In this document: piece after piece, positions 56,675 through 64,000 of the stretch
Layout of the letters: each line of letters opens with the position of its first letter
Position numbering within the stretch: the first letter of the stretch is position 1
Translations under genes and position numbers: made by a program
NCBI RefSeq assembly: GCF_009914755.1
Contig: NC_060935.1
Length of the DNA stretch: 64,000 bases
Direction: 5' to 3' (one strand)
Source: the human T2T-CHM13v2.0 reference genome, Homo sapiens
Notes under the pieces: generated by a model
The model's input: the letters and a program-made list of their open reading frames with translations, nothing else
The model's database searches: none
Told to the model about the DNA's origin: nothing

Positions 56675-57165
56675 TTCTTTTTCAATAAAAAGCTTTTATT
56701 TTAGGTTTACGGGTACATGTACAGGTTCGTTATATAGGTAAATTCGTGCCACAGGGGTGTGTTGTGCAGATTGTCACCCAGGTACTAAGCCTAGTACTCA
56801 ATAGTTATTTTTCCCGATCTCCTCCCTCCTCTCTCTGATAATCTCCAGTTGTTTTGTTCCCCTCTATGTGTCCATTTGTTCTTAGCATTTAGCTCCCACT
56901 TATAAGTGAGAATATGTGGTATTTGGTTTTCTGTTCCTGTATTAGCTTTCTAAGGATAATGGCTTCTACTTCATCCATGTTCCTGCAAAAGACATGATCT
57001 CATTCCTTTTTATGGCTGCATAGTATTCCACAGTGTGTATGTACCACATTTTCTTCATCCAGTCTACAAATGATGGACATTTAGGTTGATTCTATGTCTT
57101 TGCTATTGTGAATAGTGCTGCAATGAACATTCACGTGCATGTGTTTTATGGTAGAATGATTTATA
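56675..57165 (-). mobile_element. Older L1PA 3' end
   Basis: Reverse-complement L1 3'UTR and ORF2 end. Confidence 0.8.
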
Positions 57166-57583
57166 TTAAGATCTTATTCTTAACCCAATCGATAGTTATG
57201 GCAGAATACAGCATCATTTTATGTGTTTGTTTATGGTTCATCTCATGCCATCTCCCTCATCAGTTATAAAAGCATATAAGCATTTTACAACTATTTTGTG
57301 TAGGAGGGTACTATGAATTAGGAAGTTATCTTGCCCAACATTCAGAAGTCCAATGTAAGCATTCTGTGTGTACTTTAGTGATACATATTTTTCAGCTGTA
57401 ATGATTGAGGTGGTTGTTTTGTGACCCTTATATATATACAAACTTGAAGTCCTTTTTGTTAGAAGGCAGAGTATAAGTTAAAAGCTGATACCACCTGTTC
57501 ACAGGTTGAGAATTCCGTACATTATCAAAGTCAACTCTCGCAATGTTAATATAAAATTAAAATTATTCCCATTTTTACAGAAG

Positions 57584-57761
57584 TGAAAACTGAGGTTCCC
57601 ACTACAAGGTCATGCAACTAGTAAGTGATGAAATCTGGATTTGAATTGGAATCTTCCATAGTGCTTAAACTCTGAAAACTGAGGTTCCCATTACTAGGTC
57701 ATGCAACTAGTAAATGATGAAATCTGGATTTGAATTTGGATCTTCCATAGTGCTTAAACTC
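57584..57761 (+). repeat. 89-bp tandem duplication within a MIR
   Basis: tgaaaactgaggttccca...gtgcttaaactc twice, with a few substitutions. Confidence 0.9.
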
Positions 57762-58448
57762 TACCATGCTATGTTGGTACTCAGAAAGACGTCTTCTATA
57801 TAGTACTATATAATGTGGTGATTTGAAAAATATTGGACCTTAGAGTAGAATGTTTTTAGTAAAATCTGAAATGATTTATAAGCCATATGAGTTTGGGTAA
57901 GTTTCTCGGTCTCTCTATACCTCAATTTTTTTCATCTGTGAAACGGGAATAATAATAATATTATAACAGGATTAAGTATATTAATACATTCACAGCATCC
58001 AGACAGTGCTTGGCATATAGTAATAAGTACTAAATAAATGACACCTACTATTATTACTGGAATGTGACTAAAGCCATTATTCTTATAAAGAGACCACTGC
58101 TCAGAGAAACCATATGTCTGGTTGCCCTTGACTGACTTGAAGAAAGGCAGGGACTATATATCAGTGCATGCAAAATGAGAAAGAAATTGCTCTTTACCAT
58201 TCCAAAGTTAAGTGAAGCACCAAGGCCTACTACAATGACCCGATGATGTCTACTACTCCAAGGCAAGACAGAATTGAATATTGTACAAACTCTGTTACTC
58301 TGCCCTGGTGTCCCATTTGTGGAGAGTCATTGTAATGTATGGACAGAATTGAACCCTTCTGTAACACTCAAAATTTTAGTAGCTAGTGGAAAAAGGGAAA
58401 GCATGAAGGCTTTGGATTTCTTTTCTATCACAGCCATAAACAACCCCA

Positions 58449-58604
58449 ATGGCCTCCCACGAAGTTGATAATGCAGAGCTGGGGTCAGCCTCTGCCCATG
58501 GTACCCCAGGCAGTGAGGCGGGACCAGAAGAGCTGAATACTTCTGTCTACCAGCCCATAGATGGATCACCAGATTATCAGAAAGCAAAATTACAAGTTCT
58601 TGGG
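58449..58604 (+). CDS. MS4A3: MS4A3 (HTm4) exon 2 CDS (MASHEVDNAELG...KAKLQVLG)
   Basis: Acceptor tcacag| at 58433; ATG at 58449; GGG|gtaagt; 52 codons; recognised N-terminus. Confidence 0.95.
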
Positions 58605-58654
58605 GTAAGTCAGCCTTAGTTTAAACACTGATTTAAGAGGGAAGAAAATAAATA

Positions 58655-59079
58655 CAGTTGACCTGTGAATAACGTGCGTTTGAACTGTGAGGATTCCCTT
58701 ACATGTGGATTTCTTCCACCTCTGTTTGCCATCCCGAGACAGCAAGAACAACCCCTGCTCTCCCTCTTCTTCCTCAGTCTATTCAACGTGAAGAGGATGA
58801 GGATGAAGACCTTTATGATAATCTACTTCCACTTAATGAATAGTAAATACATTTTCTCTTTCTTATGATTTCCTTAACGTTTTTAGTTTCTCTAGCTTAT
58901 TGTATATAATATGTCACATACAAAATATGTGATAATCGACTGTTTATATTAATAGTAAGACTTCTGGTCAACAGTAGGCTATTAGTAGTTAAGTTTTTGG
59001 GAAGTCATAAGTTTTACGTGGATTTACCACCATGAAAGGGTGGGCATTCCAAACCCCAATGTTGTTCAAGAGCCAACTG
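58655..59079. mobile_element. Tigger2a-like MITE
   Basis: TIRs CAGTTG...CAACTG flanked by TA; 425 bp. Confidence 0.8.
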
Positions 59080-59755
59080 TATCATGTAGAAAACCTTGCT
59101 TATGCTGAGAAGGAGGAAATTCTGAGTTATTTATCACTGACTTAATAATGATTGGAGAAAAGACAGGGACTTCTTATAGATCTGGGGAGCAGAAATGCAA
59201 AGGCATTTTCTCATGGTAGAAAACATCAAACCTTGGAGAACAGATTCCAAGACCCTTCATTTTTTGTTTTGTGCCTTTTGACCAGCCATTTGAGGAGGCT
59301 GAGCTCTATGAAGCTTATATTCTATATTTTAAATTTAAAAATTGGGTTGAGAGAAGGGTTAAAAATTGGGTTGAGAGAAAGGCTGAGTAGGATATGGCTT
59401 ATCCTCTGTCTGCCTTCATCATATTATGATGCAAAAGCATGCTGGGAAGAGACTTTGACTCCATCTACCTTACCAATCATGTCTGTTTTACTGTCCTGCC
59501 ACTTTCTGAGAGGAGTTCGTGAGAATGAACAGAAATGTGGGGGAGAGGTGAAGACAAAATGCTGCCACTGGAATTGGTGTGGATAGCGTGGAATAAAAAA
59601 CTCTTTCAGATAAGCTCTCGTTCTGTTAATTTAGGCTTGACACTTTAACCATTTCAAGCACCGACATCTCCTTTCTGAGGAAAATTAAAATGGCCTGTTT
59701 TCAGTGTCCACTTTAGTATATGACTGTTACGCCTTTTTCCCCTTTCTTCTTTCAG

Positions 59756-59893
59756 GCCATCCAGATCCTGAATGCAGCAATGATTCTGGCTTTGGGTGTC
59801 TTTCTGGGTTCCTTGCAATACCCATACCACTTCCAAAAGCACTTCTTTTTCTTCACCTTCTACACAGGCTACCCGATTTGGGGTGCTGTGTTT
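59756..59893 (+). CDS. MS4A3: MS4A3 exon 3 (AIQILNAAMILALG...GYPIWGAVF), TM1-TM2
   Basis: Pyrimidine tract + ttcag|, |gtgagt donor; MS4A signature GYPxWG. Confidence 0.96.
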
Positions 59894-60052
59894 GTGAGTA
59901 TTCGTACTCCCCTGGCTATATGTTATTTCTTAGATACCACTGCTGGAGATGTGTTTGATGACAAAAATATTGTTTGTAGGTTATTGGAAGGTTGCATGCT
60001 GTGGTTTTGATTTGCAATTCTTGATATAAACAATTAGAGACGATAAACTCTT

Positions 60053-60385
60053 TTTTATTTTTTAATTTAATTAATTACTTAATTAATTTATTTTTTGAGA
60101 CAAAGTCTCGATCTGCCATCCAGGCTGGAGTGCAGTGGCATGATCTCTGCCCACTGAAACCCTCTGCCTCCCCAGTTCAAGTGATTCTCTTGCCTCAGTC
60201 TCCTGAGTGGCTGGGATTACAGGCATGCACCACCATGCCCACCTAATTTTTGTTTTTGTATTTTTAGTAGAGACAGGGATTCACCATGTTTTCCAGGATG
60301 GTCTCGAACTCCTGACCACAAGTGGTCCTCCCAGCTTGGCCTCCCAAAATGCTGGAATTGCCAGGCATGAGCCCTGATGCCAGGC
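60053..60385 (-). mobile_element. Alu
   Basis: Reverse-complement dimer. Confidence 0.88.
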
Positions 60386-60715
60386 CAAAAATCTCTTTCT
60401 GATTAAGAGAAACCACATTTGCCAAGTACAAATGAAGTCCTAAAAATTATCTTATATATAACTATATGTTACATTTATAGATACTTAAAAAATTGAATGA
60501 AAAATGGGTATTGATGAATTGCCTTGTGGTACAGCAGAGAGTCCTGGCTTGAGAGTTAAGAAATTTGTCTGCTGATTACTGTCTGAAAGTCAGAAGAATC
60601 ATTTCCATTATCTGGGTCAACATTCAATCAGAAGAAATAGGGGTGATTTTAAAATGTATTCATTCAGTTTTGATTATTTATTACTTCCCTGATGGTTCAT
60701 TTTTAAAAAGTGAAT

Positions 60716-61325
60716 GATATGTTTGTTGGCCATTTGTATATCTTCTTTTGAGAATTGTCTATTCATGTCCTTAGCCCATTTTTTGATGGGATTGTTTGTT
60801 TATTTCTTGGTGATTTGTTTGGGTTCATTGCAGATTCTGGATATTAGTCCTTTGTTAGATGTATAGATTGTGAAGATTTTCTCCCACTCTATGGGTTGTC
60901 TGTTTACTCTGCTGACTGTTCCTTTTGCCGTGCAAAAGCTCCTTAGTTTAATTAGGTCCCAGCTATTTATCTTTGATTTTATTGCATTTGTTTTTGGCTT
61001 CTTCGTCATTAAATCCTTGCATAAGCCATTATCCTAAGTGAAGTAACTCAGGAGTGGAAAATCAAACATCATATGTTCTCACTTATAAGCGGGAGCTAAG
61101 CTATGAGGATGCAAAGGCATAAGAATGACACAATGGACTTTGGGGACTCAGGGGGAAAGGTGGGAAGGAGGTGAGGGATAAAAGGCTACAAATTGTGTGC
61201 AGTGTATACTGTTTGGGTGATGGGTGCACCAAAATCTCACAAATTACCACTAAAGAACTTATCCATGTAACCAAACACCACCTGTTCCCCAATAACGTAT
61301 GGAAATAAAAAAAATTTAAAAAATA
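60716..61325 (+). mobile_element. 5'-inverted (twin-primed) L1PB
   Basis: Minus ORF2 piece 60716-61030 abuts a plus 3' end 61030-61325; near-TSD aaaa(g)tgaat. Confidence 0.75.
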
Positions 61326-61355
61326 AAATGAATAAAACTAATTGCATGGAAAGAC

Positions 61356-61390
<35 letters not shown>

Positions 61391-61549
61391 AGTGAGCAGC
61401 ATCAAGTACAATTCTGTGTCCTAGGATGTGAATTTAAAAGGGAGGTTTGTATGACTATTGCTGGATATCTGCTAATTGAGGGAGGACCAAGAAGAAAATG
61501 GTTGAGACTTAATATTCCTTTATCTGTTTTCCTTCCTATTTTCAAACAG

Positions 61550-61606
61550 TTCTGTAGTTCAGGAACCTTGTCTGTTGTAGCAGGGATAAAACCCACAAGA
61601 ACATGG
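61550..61606 (+). CDS. MS4A3: MS4A3 exon 4 (FCSSGTLSVVAGIKPTRTW); gene continues beyond the window
   Basis: caaacag| acceptor, TGG|gtaagt; 57 nt; MS4A SGxLS motif. Confidence 0.94.
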
Positions 61607-62319
61607 GTAAGTAGCACTTCCTCTTTTTCTATGATCAGAGGAGTAGAAATATATTATTCATAAACAGTAGGACAGTAAGTGTCCATGAATACAACTGAGA
61701 CACTGAGTATCATTTAATGCACAAAATATTAGTTTTCTTAACGTGTTCAGATGGTAGGTCAGCAGATCACATACATTGTGAGGATGCATTCCTGGGATGC
61801 TTGCTCTTAATATTGGTGAACTTGAAGCTTAGAAAAAGTCTTCTTGATTTTTATGTGTTGTCAAGTTTGACCAATTCTAATTATTTGGAAGTAAGAACTC
61901 CCACCACTAACTAGTTTGACAACTGAAAGTCCAAACTTCTATTCTAAACAACTGCTAAGTCTCTATGATGTGTTCTTAGTGAGTCACGTAGCCACTGATA
62001 CTCCACTTTCCTACTCCATTCATTCACTTTCCCTCCTCCATGGATAGCTATTTTACCATTTTATTGTATCCTCAAACACCAATCCCACTTCTGTCATCCT
62101 TACTCTCTGCTGATGATTTTTCTGTCTCTTCTGAGAAAACTGAAGCCATTAGAAGGGAATTTTCAGACCTCCACTACTAATGGACTAGATCTGTACCAAT
62201 GTATTTTTTTCTTCTAGCCTCTTACCATAGGAAAATTTTGTGATTTTCTTTAAAGCTGATCTCCCTACTTGAGTATAAGATTCCATTCTTTTTTTCCCCA
62301 CACAAGTGCATCACTTTAA

Positions 62320-64000
<1,681 letters not shown>

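Noticed and set aside
59336-59382. 23-bp tandem duplication
   Set aside because: Ordinary intronic slippage with no functional clue.

Overview
Eukaryotic, repeat-rich primate DNA, most likely human chr11q12 (OOSP cluster to MS4A cluster boundary; an L1 with Ta-type diagnostic bases supports human). Three spliced + strand genes were reconstructed by hand from GT-AG boundaries and frame continuity. (1) OOSP4B, a PLAC1/OOSP ZP-N-like oocyte protein: coding exons 14680-14701 (or -14755), 21168-21349, 22196-22293, 27069-27216 and 28089-28121; 160 aa short form. (2) OOSP2/PLAC1L: 37747-37810, 40756-40934, 41958-42061 and 44231-44360; 158 aa. (3) The 5' half of MS4A3/HTm4: non-coding exon 1 ending 54027, coding exons 58449-58604, 59756-59893 and 61550-61606. 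Most of the rest is L1, Alu, LTR (LTR12, MLT2, LTR47-like), DNA transposon (Tigger, Charlie, MER5/20), L2 and MIR sequence; nearly all ORFs in the supplied track are repeat-derived or spurious. The main observations are: a chimeric double-tailed L1 (Ta-type 3' end fused onto an older twin-primed L1PA3-like element, no matching TSDs); two in-frame OOSP4B exon-1 donors that would switch a signal peptide on or off; a candidate 51-nt cassette exon; a shared E-box/TATA promoter module in both OOSP paralogs; an antisense LTR12 in OOSP4B intron 1; and an unexplained diverged direct repeat in intron 3. Repeat subfamily names are from recall of consensus sequences, and repeat boundaries without TSDs are approximate.
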